Notes: generated by a model not told the origin, from the letters alone. Numbered from the stretch's first letter, positions 18,305 through 26,384 are shown. The stretch is 32,000 bases of DNA from Acaryochloris marina MBIC11017 (GCF_000018105.1 NC_009925.1:6210001-6242000); one strand, 5' to 3'. Numbers and translations are program-made.

Positions 18305-18934
18305 ATGAAGATTGGCATCGTTGGGTCAGGCAATATCGGCGGCACACTGGGACGCCACTGGGCAGGTGTGGGGCATCAGGTGATGTTCAGCTCTCGCCAT
18401 CCCGAAACACTGCAGCCGATGGCGGATGCGGTCAATGCCCAAACCGGCACCGTTGAGGAAGCGACCAAGTTTGGAGATGTGATCTTGCTGGCGATTCCCT
18501 TTGGCAAAGTGCCGGACGTAGCTCAGCAGGTTGGGACACTTGACGGCAAGGTTTTGATTGATGCAGGGAATCCCTATCCCCAACGGGACGGTGCGGTTGC
18601 CCAGCAAGTGATCGATGATCCATCTCAGACAGCGACTGGCTATGTTTCTGCTCAGTTTTCAGGTGCGAAGACTATCAAGGCATTCAATTCGATCTACTTC
18701 AAGGTGCTGGAAGAGCAAGCATTCCAATCTGAAGATGCTCGCATCGCAGTACAGGTCTGTGGTGATGACGAACAGGCCAAAGCAACCGTTACGCAGCTTA
18801 TTGAGGAAATTGGCCTTGCTCCGCAAGATATAGGAGTTTTAGCCGATGGCATCTTGTTTGAGCCTGGGGCACCCCTCTATAACAAGAACCTGCCTATCTC
18901 TGAAGCTAAAGCCATTTTGCAACAGCTTCGGTAA
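18305..18934 (+). CDS. NADPH-dependent F420-reductase-like / COG2085-type NAD(P)-binding oxidoreductase (paralog of 13796)
   Basis: MKIGIVGSGNIGG Rossmann start, plus ..TIKAFN.. and ..VQVCGDDEQAK.. blocks. Confidence 0.75.
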   Translation: MKIGIVGSGNIGGTLGRHWAGVGHQVMFSSRHPETLQPMADAVNAQTGTVEEATKFGDVILLAIPFGKVPDVAQQVGTLDGKVLIDAGNPYPQRDGAVAQQVIDDPSQTATGYVSAQFSGAKTIKAFNSIYFKVLEEQAFQSEDARIAVQVCGDDEQAKATVTQLIEEIGLAPQDIGVLADGILFEPGAPLYNKNLPISEAKAILQQLR

Positions 18935-19046
18935 GCAAACTGGCATAAAAAACACAACACCCTTCGCGCTTGCATTCCCAAAAGCCATGAACGCTTTAGA
19001 GGTAAGTACCTCAATTCGACCTGTACACCTTATTCTCTAGTTTTCA

Positions 19047-20480
19047 GTGTTGATCATGATCGAACTTCCAGTTTTACCTTTACCCTCACAGTGGCCTCCA
19101 TCCGTTGTCTTGGCGGTAGTGGAATCAGACGAAAGCTTTACCAAAGCGGTCACGGCGTCTTTGCTAGTGACGGCAGGTCTGGTTTTCCTCCTCAGTGTCC
19201 TCCTCGGAGAACTCTGCACCCGGCTGAAGCTCCCCTCGGTGTTGGGCGACTTAGCCACTGGCATGATTCTAGGGGGCTCTGTTCTAAGTATTCTGGTCTT
19301 TGCAGAGGTTGATCAGGTCGCCAATGGTTCAATACTTCATCTGCTTGAACTGGCGACCGGTGCGCCACCCGATACGGTGATGAATGCCTATCAGTTTCAG
19401 ATGGGGGAATTCATCAATAACAGCGCCACCATTGGCTTGCTGACCCTTCTGTTTGTCACTGGATTAGAATCCGATCTAGAAGAGTTAATTCGCGTGGGTC
19501 CCCAGGCCGTTGCCGTGGCGATGACGGGCGTTTTTCTACCGCTGATCGGGGGTGCGATCGCACTCATCTACATCTTCCATGTCCCCACGATTCCTGCCAT
19601 TTTTGCCGGAGCAGCCCTGACTGCTACCAGTATCGGCATTACCGCCAATGTCTTACAGGAAATTGGCCATTTACAATCTGATGAAGGGCAAGTGATTCTT
19701 GGGGCCGCTATTCTCGACGATATTCTCGGAATCGTGGTCCTGGCCCTGACCCTGAGTCTTGTGGAAACAGGTTCTATTGAGCCGTCAAGTTTGATCCTGC
19801 TCGTGATCAATGCTGCCGTGTTTGTGCTGTTGGCGGTTCTGCTCAATCGCTATTTCTGCCCTGTGTTTACGAAGAATATTGAGCGATTTGATAACCCGGC
19901 TGCGTTACTGCTTTGCTCCTTTGCCTTTTTGAATATTTTGGCATTACTTGCGATCTCATTCGGCCTCGAAGCTCTCTTAGGCGCTTTCGCTGCAGGACTG
20001 GTTTTAGGCGGTACCAGTCAGAGGGAAAAACTGATGCGATTGGTGCAGCCCTTCGTGTTCGTTTACACGACCATTTTCTTTGTCACCATTGGCGCTAGCG
20101 TCAATCTGAACGTTCTGAATCCACTGGTGCCAGAAAACCGAGAGGGGCTGGTGATTGCTGCCTGTCTGATTGCGATTGCCGTAATCGGCAAGGTTATCGC
20201 GGGATTTACCATCCTTGGAGATAAACCGATTAACCGACTGGCCGTGGGTATAGGTATGATTCCTCGGGGAGAAGTAGGCTTGGTGTTTGCGGGGCTCGGA
20301 GCGTCCACTGGAGTTCTATCTGAGTCCCAGGATGCGGCGGTATTGATTATGGTCGTAGTCACAACGTTGATAGCGCCGCTCCTGTTGCGATGGGTCTTCC
20401 CGTCTCAACCCGAAATCTTAACGGCAGACACTGCCAAACGCTTTGCAGAAATAGAGGAAGCGGTAGGAGGAAAATTTTAA
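19047..20480 (+). CDS. cation:proton antiporter (Na+/H+ exchanger family, CPA2-like)
   Basis: 477-aa polytopic membrane protein with GLE.DL and IPRGEVGLVFA motifs typical of Kef/NapA-type exchangers. The start may be GTG 19047 or ATG 19056. Confidence 0.85.
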   Translation: MLIMIELPVLPLPSQWPPSVVLAVVESDESFTKAVTASLLVTAGLVFLLSVLLGELCTRLKLPSVLGDLATGMILGGSVLSILVFAEVDQVANGSILHLLELATGAPPDTVMNAYQFQMGEFINNSATIGLLTLLFVTGLESDLEELIRVGPQAVAVAMTGVFLPLIGGAIALIYIFHVPTIPAIFAGAALTATSIGITANVLQEIGHLQSDEGQVILGAAILDDILGIVVLALTLSLVETGSIEPSSLILLVINAAVFVLLAVLLNRYFCPVFTKNIERFDNPAALLLCSFAFLNILALLAISFGLEALLGAFAAGLVLGGTSQREKLMRLVQPFVFVYTTIFFVTIGASVNLNVLNPLVPENREGLVIAACLIAIAVIGKVIAGFTILGDKPINRLAVGIGMIPRGEVGLVFAGLGASTGVLSESQDAAVLIMVVVTTLIAPLLLRWVFPSQPEILTADTAKRFAEIEEAVGGKF

Positions 20481-20520
20481 GAATAATTGATGTCCTGTTT
20501 GCAAAATAAGGATTAATCCC

Positions 20521-21144
20521 ATGAATGACGCTGAAAATGCCTTAAGTGAACAGCTTGCTGCGATTCAAGCTCAACTTCAGCAACTCGGAACCCAGCTCAA
20601 TGAACTCCAGGCAAAGGTTTCACCCCTGCAGCAGTTATCTAAGCAAGTGACTAAAATTGAGCAACGTTTATTGGCTGTCGGCGATCTCTATCGTTATCAA
20701 CAGCTTCAAGACCACCTGGCCGCCCACCGTTGGTATGAGGCTGATCAAGAGACGATTCAACTCATACAAGAAATTGAAGGCGTGACAAATCTAGAACAGC
20801 TCACTCCCGATGACATTCGTACATTTCCCTGTGGTCAACTTCAAGTCCTGGATCAACTCTGGCAAAGTTATAGCGAAGAGAAGTTTGGTTTTAGTGTACA
20901 GGTCCGTATTTATCAAGAGGTGGGTGGTACATTTGACACGACGATCGCCCAGGATCAAAAACTAGTGGAGCAATGGGGAGAGCGCCTCGGCTGGCGAGAG
21001 GGCGATCGCTGGCGGAAATGCAGCGAACTGGATTTTTCTTTAGAGGCACCCTTGGGCTGCCATCCTTCTGGCTGGTGGAATTCGCCCTATGGGTCCAAAA
21101 TGACCAATTACTTTTTGGGGCGATTATTAATTTGTGAGCTTTAG
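20521..21144 (+). CDS. GUN4-domain protein with an N-terminal coiled coil
   Basis: Y..L...L....W.EADQET......E.........L...DI..FPC..L..LDQLW..YS..KFGFSVQ..IY is the GUN4-domain signature. Confidence 0.75.
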   Translation: MNDAENALSEQLAAIQAQLQQLGTQLNELQAKVSPLQQLSKQVTKIEQRLLAVGDLYRYQQLQDHLAAHRWYEADQETIQLIQEIEGVTNLEQLTPDDIRTFPCGQLQVLDQLWQSYSEEKFGFSVQVRIYQEVGGTFDTTIAQDQKLVEQWGERLGWREGDRWRKCSELDFSLEAPLGCHPSGWWNSPYGSKMTNYFLGRLLICEL

Positions 21145-21220
21145 GACATTTCCTGGGGCTGAGAAGGTTGCTGTCCAATACCCAACGGAAGCGTTTGCCA
21201 AACGATAGGAGACTAGAAAA

Positions 21221-21628
21221 ATGGACTTTCGATATATCTACACTCGACTCAATGTAGCGAACTTTCACGCCTGCAAAGCGTTTTACCGAGACATTATGGG
21301 ACTTCCGGTCAAGTTTGAAGATGATAGGGATGAATATGTCGAATTTGATGCCAACTCGATTCGGCTTACCCTATTCAATCGCCAAAACCTGGATAATTTT
21401 ATTCCCAAGGAAGAATCGCTCAGTTTTGATGTTCACAATGCTCAGATTGTGCTGTCATTCCAGGTCAGTAATTTGGAAGAGGCGACTACTCATCTCAAGA
21501 ATCACCAGGTAGAGCTGTTAGCCCCTCCTACCAGCTATCCGGATCGAGGATTTCTGTCCACCTGCTTTCGAGATCCAGACGGGAATTTGATTGAAATAGA
21601 GCAGATGACTGATGTACTCATTTCATAA
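21221..21628 (+). CDS. VOC-family (glyoxalase/bleomycin-resistance fold) protein
   Basis: 135 aa with an N-terminal ..I.L.V.N......FY.D..GL motif and a C-terminal F.DPDGN.IEI motif. Confidence 0.8.
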   Translation: MDFRYIYTRLNVANFHACKAFYRDIMGLPVKFEDDRDEYVEFDANSIRLTLFNRQNLDNFIPKEESLSFDVHNAQIVLSFQVSNLEEATTHLKNHQVELLAPPTSYPDRGFLSTCFRDPDGNLIEIEQMTDVLIS

Positions 21629-21812
21629 TTTAGCTATTGGATGTCAACCCCATAGGCGATGTCGCGACAACCACAAGGCGGATCAACCCCCAAATTTGGA
21701 CCGTATTATTTGGCGTACACTCCCTTTGCGTTAGCTCTTTTTCAGACCTCATACGATACCTTCAGAACAAAACGACAACCCGTGATCGAAATGACAACCA
21801 GTGATCGCTCGA

Positions 21813-22631
21813 TTATTTGGACTGGGATTTTTGAGGTGGAGACTGAGTTTGAGCCGTTCTCTGAGTCGCTGATTTGCGCCGATAACTATCGGCTTGAATT
21901 TTGATAATCAAGCCATGATGAATTAAGCGATCAATGGCAGCCACCGCCATCATCGAATCAGTGAAAATGTCATCCCATTGGCTGAAGGGTTGATTCGCTG
22001 TAATCAACAAACTTTTTCGTTCATAGCGATGCGCAATTAATTCAAACAGAACGGACGTTTCCGCTTCCGACTTTTTGCAATAGCCCAAGTCATCCAAGAC
22101 CAACAGATCATAGCGGTCCAGTTTTTTGAGCATTGGATGCAGCTGCAGTTGGAGCTTCGCCTGTTGCAAGTGTTGAACCAATGCGTTGGCTGCAAAGAAC
22201 TTCACCCGCTTACCGAATTCCAGCATCTTTTTGGACACTCCAGTGGCCAGATGTGTTTTTCCAACGCCCGAGGGTCCCAAAATAAGGCAGTTCTCGGCGC
22301 GCTCCAACCAACCCGGATCTGCGGCTAATTGCATCAAGGGAGCAGGATTGAGCTGGGGACAATGGCTAAAGTCAAAGTTGGTAAAACTTTTTGCGTTTGG
22401 GAGCCTGGCTTCGGTGAGAGCACGTTTTAGGCGAGCTTGTTCTCTTCTTTGGGCCTCCGTTTCGCACAAGGCTAGTAAGAATTCCGCATAGGACCAGTTT
22501 TCCTGCATGGCTTGGGATTCGATAGATTCCCAATGGGTCAACATGTGGGAGAGCCTGAGCTTTTTTAAATAGAGGCTCAGGTGCTGGTAGGGGCTCAGCG
22601 GGGACTGAGCAGGAGGGGAGGAGTTTGTCAT
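21813..22631 (-). CDS. istB: IS21-family helper ATPase IstB
   Basis: Walker A LILGPSGVGKTHLA, Walker B LLVLDDLGY, and IstB-type N- and C-termini. The start is ATG 22631 (MTNSS...) or 22655. Confidence 0.9.
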   Translation of the reverse strand: MTNSSPPAQSPLSPYQHLSLYLKKLRLSHMLTHWESIESQAMQENWSYAEFLLALCETEAQRREQARLKRALTEARLPNAKSFTNFDFSHCPQLNPAPLMQLAADPGWLERAENCLILGPSGVGKTHLATGVSKKMLEFGKRVKFFAANALVQHLQQAKLQLQLHPMLKKLDRYDLLVLDDLGYCKKSEAETSVLFELIAHRYERKSLLITANQPFSQWDDIFTDSMMAVAAIDRLIHHGLIIKIQADSYRRKSATQRTAQTQSPPQKSQSK

Positions 22632-24108
22632 AAAGTTCAAGTGAATGTTGTTCAATGCTGAGGTCAGGAACCTGCTTCATCTGAGGCGGCTCAAACTGTT
22701 TTTTCAGGCGATTGAGGGTAAGGCTGGATGAGCGAAGCTGCTGCTGTAAGTACACTGCTACGGCCTGTTCTTTATCTTGAACCGCAGCAATATACAGGGC
22801 TTCCACGATGATCTTGGCAGCCTGCTCCAGGTCAAATTGGGCTTTGAGCTGTTCCCAGATTTGGCGGTATTCAGGATTGGGAAGTAGGTCTGATTGCCAG
22901 GTGCAATAGATAAAAGCACGAGGCTTCAATCGCATTGAACCAATAACATGGCGATAGTTGATGCAACGGTCGCGACGTTTGCCTTTGCCACTGACACGCT
23001 TCCTCGGCAATTCCACGACTGGGTGTCGCTCTAGATAGCCGACAATCCGGTCGTGGTATAGATGCAGTTCCAATTGACGGCCAATTAGCCGAGAAGGAAC
23101 GGTGTATAGAATGCAACGAACATCAATGGTGCTGCGTTTACTGACTTTAGCGGTAAGCACTTCATAGTCAGGGGTTCGATATTTGGGCAAGGGTTGCAGA
23201 TGCTCTTTTTCTTGCTCATACTTGGCCTGGCACTGTTGATTCAACTTGGCAACCTGGGCATCAATCAAAGCTTGATACTCACCAACACTCGTAAAATCTG
23301 CACTGCCGCGCAGATAGATCGCCTGCTTAATTCGGTTTTTGAGATGGCCATGGGGAGATTCAATGGAGCCATTCTCATGGGCTACACCTTTGTTGTTACG
23401 AGTGGGTTCTAGCCGATAGTGGTCACACAGTTCGTCGTACAAACGCGTGAGGTTTTTGGACCGGCGGCCGCCCATGTTGCGATAGGCTGCACTCAAACTA
23501 TCAGTACGATGCTGTGTAGGAACACCTCCACAGGCTGCAAAGGCATTTTGCAATCCTTCTGAGAGGGCAACAAAGCTTTCGCCTCCTTGGATGATCTGGG
23601 CATATCGCCAGCCGCTATATCCCAGACGGTAATGGTATATCAGGTGCTCAAAGGGTTTGCCGGCAATGGTAATCGTGATGCCTTTGAGTTCTGTAAAATC
23701 GGAGAACCCTTGTACCCCGGGTTCATGACGCAATTCAAACATCACTTCAGGGCTTGGTCCATGTAAGGCTTTCCACGTTCTCACCCGACGTTGTAGGGTC
23801 CGCAGGACTTGGGGATACTGGCCTGGATACTTATCCTGCAGGTACTCATACAGGGTCATGGGTTTGAGGCGTGGGTCTCGACGCAGCATTGGTTCTAGCT
23901 CGTCTTCCCACACATCAGCTAAGGGGTCGGGAACGGTGCGTTGGTCCTGAAGGCGGCCGCGATTAGGTTGATGGGTGCCGGCCTCAATTCGTTGTCCGGT
24001 TCTTGTAGATATTTCGGCAATGTAAGCTGCTTCAGCTTGTTTCAAGCCGAGGTCTCTTCCGTTCATATAAACACGAGTATGATAGGAATCAATTCTTTTG
24101 TTAGGCAC
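22372..24108 (-). CDS. istA: IS21-family transposase IstA (open frame continues ~81 codons past the usual end, into istB)
   Basis: N-terminal HTH, a DDE core (..HRTDSLSAA.., ..HENGSIES..) and an IstA-type C-terminal region ending ..LELYDKLL. The low-complexity tail beyond that overlaps istB. Confidence 0.9.
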   Translation of the reverse strand: MPNKRIDSYHTRVYMNGRDLGLKQAEAAYIAEISTRTGQRIEAGTHQPNRGRLQDQRTVPDPLADVWEDELEPMLRRDPRLKPMTLYEYLQDKYPGQYPQVLRTLQRRVRTWKALHGPSPEVMFELRHEPGVQGFSDFTELKGITITIAGKPFEHLIYHYRLGYSGWRYAQIIQGGESFVALSEGLQNAFAACGGVPTQHRTDSLSAAYRNMGGRRSKNLTRLYDELCDHYRLEPTRNNKGVAHENGSIESPHGHLKNRIKQAIYLRGSADFTSVGEYQALIDAQVAKLNQQCQAKYEQEKEHLQPLPKYRTPDYEVLTAKVSKRSTIDVRCILYTVPSRLIGRQLELHLYHDRIVGYLERHPVVELPRKRVSGKGKRRDRCINYRHVIGSMRLKPRAFIYCTWQSDLLPNPEYRQIWEQLKAQFDLEQAAKIIVEALYIAAVQDKEQAVAVYLQQQLRSSSLTLNRLKKQFEPPQMKQVPDLSIEQHSLELYDKLLPSCSVPAEPLPAPEPLFKKAQALPHVDPLGIYRIPSHAGKLVLCGILTSLVRNGGPKKRTSSPKTCSHRSQAPKRKKFYQL

Positions 24109-24231
24109 TTGTACAGCCCTCTATTGATTAGGGATGTAAAAAGTGTCTTTTTTCTTGAGATTGAATTCTAGAAACGCGATCTCACACATCATTTCTAGGG
24201 AATTGAGATCTAGTTTTATCCTTCTCAGGGG

Positions 24232-24621
24232 ATGCCTGGTTTCTTCATAGCTATAGCCGACGTGACATCGTCATTGATCCGTCAGCTCGATTGTCGTCTA
24301 ATACTCAAGAAACTGATCCCCGCCGAAAAAGTTGAATTTGTTTCAGCCTCCATAGACCGGGCATTGTCATCATCCTGGTATCAGATTGAGCGTAAATTGG
24401 ATTCCTCTCAAGCCCTGATGGATGCCGTCACCATCTACGTCACTGGGGGGAGTTCTCAGCTCTGGCGTAAACAGCTCAAAGGGGTCTATGGTCGGCGGCT
24501 GAATTGCCTAGATGGCATCGCGAGAGAAATCGCAGAGACATTCCCCCAGCTAGACAAAGACCCCATGATTCTGAGAATGGCTGATGCTTATCTCACGATT
24601 AAAGGAATGGTGACCGCATGA
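24232..24621 (+). pseudogene. possible C-terminal remnant of an actin-like (ParM/StbA-type) segregation ATPase, cut off by the IS21 element
   Basis: The 129-aa frame abuts the IS21 end. It contains ..AVTIYVTGGSSQL.., which resembles the adenosine-binding ..V.L.GGGA.. motif, and a ..MADAYLTIKGM.. C-terminus like ..ANA.G... No N-terminal phosphate-binding motifs are present. The stop overlaps the next start (ATGA). Confidence 0.4.
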
Positions 24622-25019
24622 GCAATCGCAAAACCCTGAACCTCAATTTCAGCACCAGGCCAACCACTCGATTAGCGGCAACGATTGACACGATGAATGA
24701 GCTGTATGGCACAGACATCGAAGCAGCGACTGCCAACTTGCTGGAATACATGATGGCTCCAATGACTGCGGCGCTATCAGGTGCATCCAGAAGCGAAGTT
24801 GACGCCTTGATTGAGAAATCCTTGGCTCGGGCGAGATTGCATCTTGAATCGGCCCGTTTGCATCTGCCCTGTGATGAGCTTCCAGAAAAAGTTGCAGAAC
24901 CATTTGCCGCTCAAGAGGCATCTTGCCTATCCTCCCCACAAGAAGACTCTTCCCCACCCGATGAAGATGAAGAGTTTGATTACAGCAAACCCATTGGAGT
25001 ATTTGATGATGATTACTAG
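24618..25019 (+). CDS. hypothetical protein; possible ribbon-helix-helix ParR-like adaptor with an acidic C-terminal tail
   Basis: The N-terminal KTLNLNFSTRPTTRLAATIDTMNELYG fits a beta-strand/helix RHH start. The C-terminus is PPDEDEEFDYSKPIGVFDDDY. Translationally coupled (ATGA) to the ParM-like frame. Confidence 0.5.
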   Translation: MSNRKTLNLNFSTRPTTRLAATIDTMNELYGTDIEAATANLLEYMMAPMTAALSGASRSEVDALIEKSLARARLHLESARLHLPCDELPEKVAEPFAAQEASCLSSPQEDSSPPDEDEEFDYSKPIGVFDDDY

Positions 25020-25695
25020 TGAAATCTTAGACCTACTCAAAGTTGATAATGCTGAACTAGAAGAGATTCTGGAAGCTTGTAACTGGACGGGTACCACTGA
25101 GTTCACAGATGAGCAATCTGAGACCTTGTTGGTGATGAAAGCTCTCCATGATGAGAAAGGCCATGACTATATTGATGCGTACCTTCGCAGCATCGGTCAG
25201 AGGCTACAAGTGAATGACACTCTGTTCAATGAAATTTATGCCGCCATTGAAGCAGCGAATGGATTTCTGATTGACTACCGGGAGCGGTTTGAGGAGATTT
25301 GCCAACTGGTGAATGATTGTGTCTCTCCCGCTGAAGCCATCATCCCCCCTCAGCCTGTGGTCGAGGATACGCCCCCAGTAGCTGAGGTCGAGGCTGATCC
25401 TGAATCAGTCCAGATGGATAAATTTATTGATGAGCAGGCGAACGCTGCCATAGCGACCACGATCTCTCAAATCAAAGGGTTTGCAGATCTGGCCTATGAG
25501 GAACAGGAGCGGCTGAAGACTCTATTTATGACCAAGTATCGCCAGGGTTTAGCTAAAGAACTTCTCTCAGAGGAATTCAAAGCTGAATTTATGGCACGGA
25601 TGACCGCTAGCTTGGAGGGCAAAGGAGCTGAAAAAAAGCAGGGAGAACTCACTGGAGTACAGAACCCTACGCCATTGTTGTCCAGCAGCAACTAA
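25006..25695 (+). CDS. hypothetical acidic protein (229 aa)
   Basis: ATG at 25006/25009 with GGAG about 8 nt upstream; overlaps the previous gene by 14 nt. The ORF-track start at 24811 lies inside the previous gene and was rejected. No family recognised. Confidence 0.6.
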   Translation: MMITSEILDLLKVDNAELEEILEACNWTGTTEFTDEQSETLLVMKALHDEKGHDYIDAYLRSIGQRLQVNDTLFNEIYAAIEAANGFLIDYRERFEEICQLVNDCVSPAEAIIPPQPVVEDTPPVAEVEADPESVQMDKFIDEQANAAIATTISQIKGFADLAYEEQERLKTLFMTKYRQGLAKELLSEEFKAEFMARMTASLEGKGAEKKQGELTGVQNPTPLLSSSN

Positions 25696-25703
25696 CCGCC
25701 CGG

Positions 25704-25970
25704 ATGGATGGCCTGCTTGCGGAAAACGAGAAGGCTATCAAACAGCGCATTGTTGATTTAAAGCTCAAAGACAAAGAAATCAGTCAGCTTGAAAAGCTCC
25801 AGCGAATAAAGCGGACTGAGAGGGAAATTAAACGAGAAGGGACATGGTTCAAAATCGCGTTTATTGGCATCGGCATTCTCATTGGTCTTCCAGTTGGGGG
25901 CTTCCTCAATCACCTAGTTGGGCAGAATGCGGCTGTATCTTCGTCCATTGAGCAGGTTTCGGGGAAGTGA
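25704..25970 (+). CDS. hypothetical coiled-coil protein with a C-terminal TM helix (88 aa)
   Basis: A K/E-rich heptad-like N-terminal half is followed by FKIAFIGIGILIGLPVGGFL. Lies 8 nt after the previous stop. Confidence 0.55.
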   Translation: MDGLLAENEKAIKQRIVDLKLKDKEISQLEKLQRIKRTEREIKREGTWFKIAFIGIGILIGLPVGGFLNHLVGQNAAVSSSIEQVSGK

Positions 25971-25980
25971 TTTCGGGGGT

Positions 25981-26187
25981 GGTGTTGGGGATTGTGGTTT
26001 TTGCGATCGCGCCATCGATACCAATCCTCGATATCGCATCTATTAATTCACCCAGTCTTTCAACTTTTCAAAATCTCTATGGATTTTGTGTTACCTATCT
26101 GATTCCCCACCTATCTACTCAATACCAATGCTCTAACTTTTCATTTTCTCTGTGGATTTTGTATTACCTGACTATAGGGACTCAGCT
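25981..26187 (+). repeat. structured intergenic module, copy A (hairpin element 25981-26052 plus 21-nt boxes at 26080-26100 and 26153-26173)
   Basis: Hand alignment to copy D (27736-27935) shows the same order of parts: G-rich arm, HIP1 loop, C-rich arm, CGATATCG, CTATTAATTCAC, two TGGATTTTGT(A/G)TTACCT boxes, then 14 nt to an ATG. Confidence 0.8.
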
Positions 26188-26274
26188 ATGAAAGTAACTC
26201 TAGACCAACCAGAACAAGAACCTGAAACCATCGCCCGAATGCTGACGGAAAACTACATTATGGAGGTTATCTAA
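26188..26274 (+). CDS. possible 28-aa leader ORF (MKVTLDQPEQEPETIARMLTENYIMEVI)
   Basis: ATG lies 14 nt after box A2, with AGGGA about 10 nt upstream. The stop overlaps the next ATG (TAATG). Translated by hand; below the ORF-track cut-off. Confidence 0.3.
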   Translation: MKVTLDQPEQEPETIARMLTENYIMEVI

Positions 26275-26384
26275 TGAAAGGCCGTCTGATTGTTCTTCTG
26301 ATCCTGATTACCCCCTTACTGATCCTCGCAGGCTCCATTGGTTGGGTCTTAGGGATTAGTGCCTGGATTTTGATACTGAAGTGA
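26274..26384 (+). CDS. 36-aa hydrophobic single-TM peptide (MKGRLIVLLILITPLLILAGSIGWVLGISAWILILK); type I toxin-like or small membrane protein
   Basis: Strong GGAGG 9 nt upstream of the ATG, and coupled to the 28-aa ORF. Basic N-terminus, an uninterrupted hydrophobic core and a terminal Lys. Translated by hand. Confidence 0.45.
   Translation: MKGRLIVLLILITPLLILAGSIGWVLGISAWILILK

Larger units (their letters stand above)
21660..24267 (-). mobile_element. IS21-family insertion sequence (istA-istB); ends approximate
   Basis: Carries the complete istA and istB genes. The istB-side end has three copies of a ~17-nt motif (CGCGACAACCACAAGGCG 21663, ACGACAACCCGTGATCG 21772, ATGACAACCAGTGATCG 21791), as expected for multi-site IS21 termini. 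The candidate termini are TGTCGCGACAAC (21660) and the reverse complement TGTCACGTCGGC (ending 24267); only 8 of 12 positions match, so the outer boundary is tentative. Confidence 0.7.

Noticed and set aside
21659-21904. 81-aa + strand ORF
   Set aside because: It lies inside the IS21 terminal region with its repeated IstA-site-like motifs and runs antisense into the 3' end of istB. It has no SD.
25967-26191. 74-aa ORF from the six-frame track
   Set aside because: It lies entirely within repeat module A. The colinear module D has no equivalent open frame, and the product is low-complexity. It is better explained as non-coding repeat DNA.
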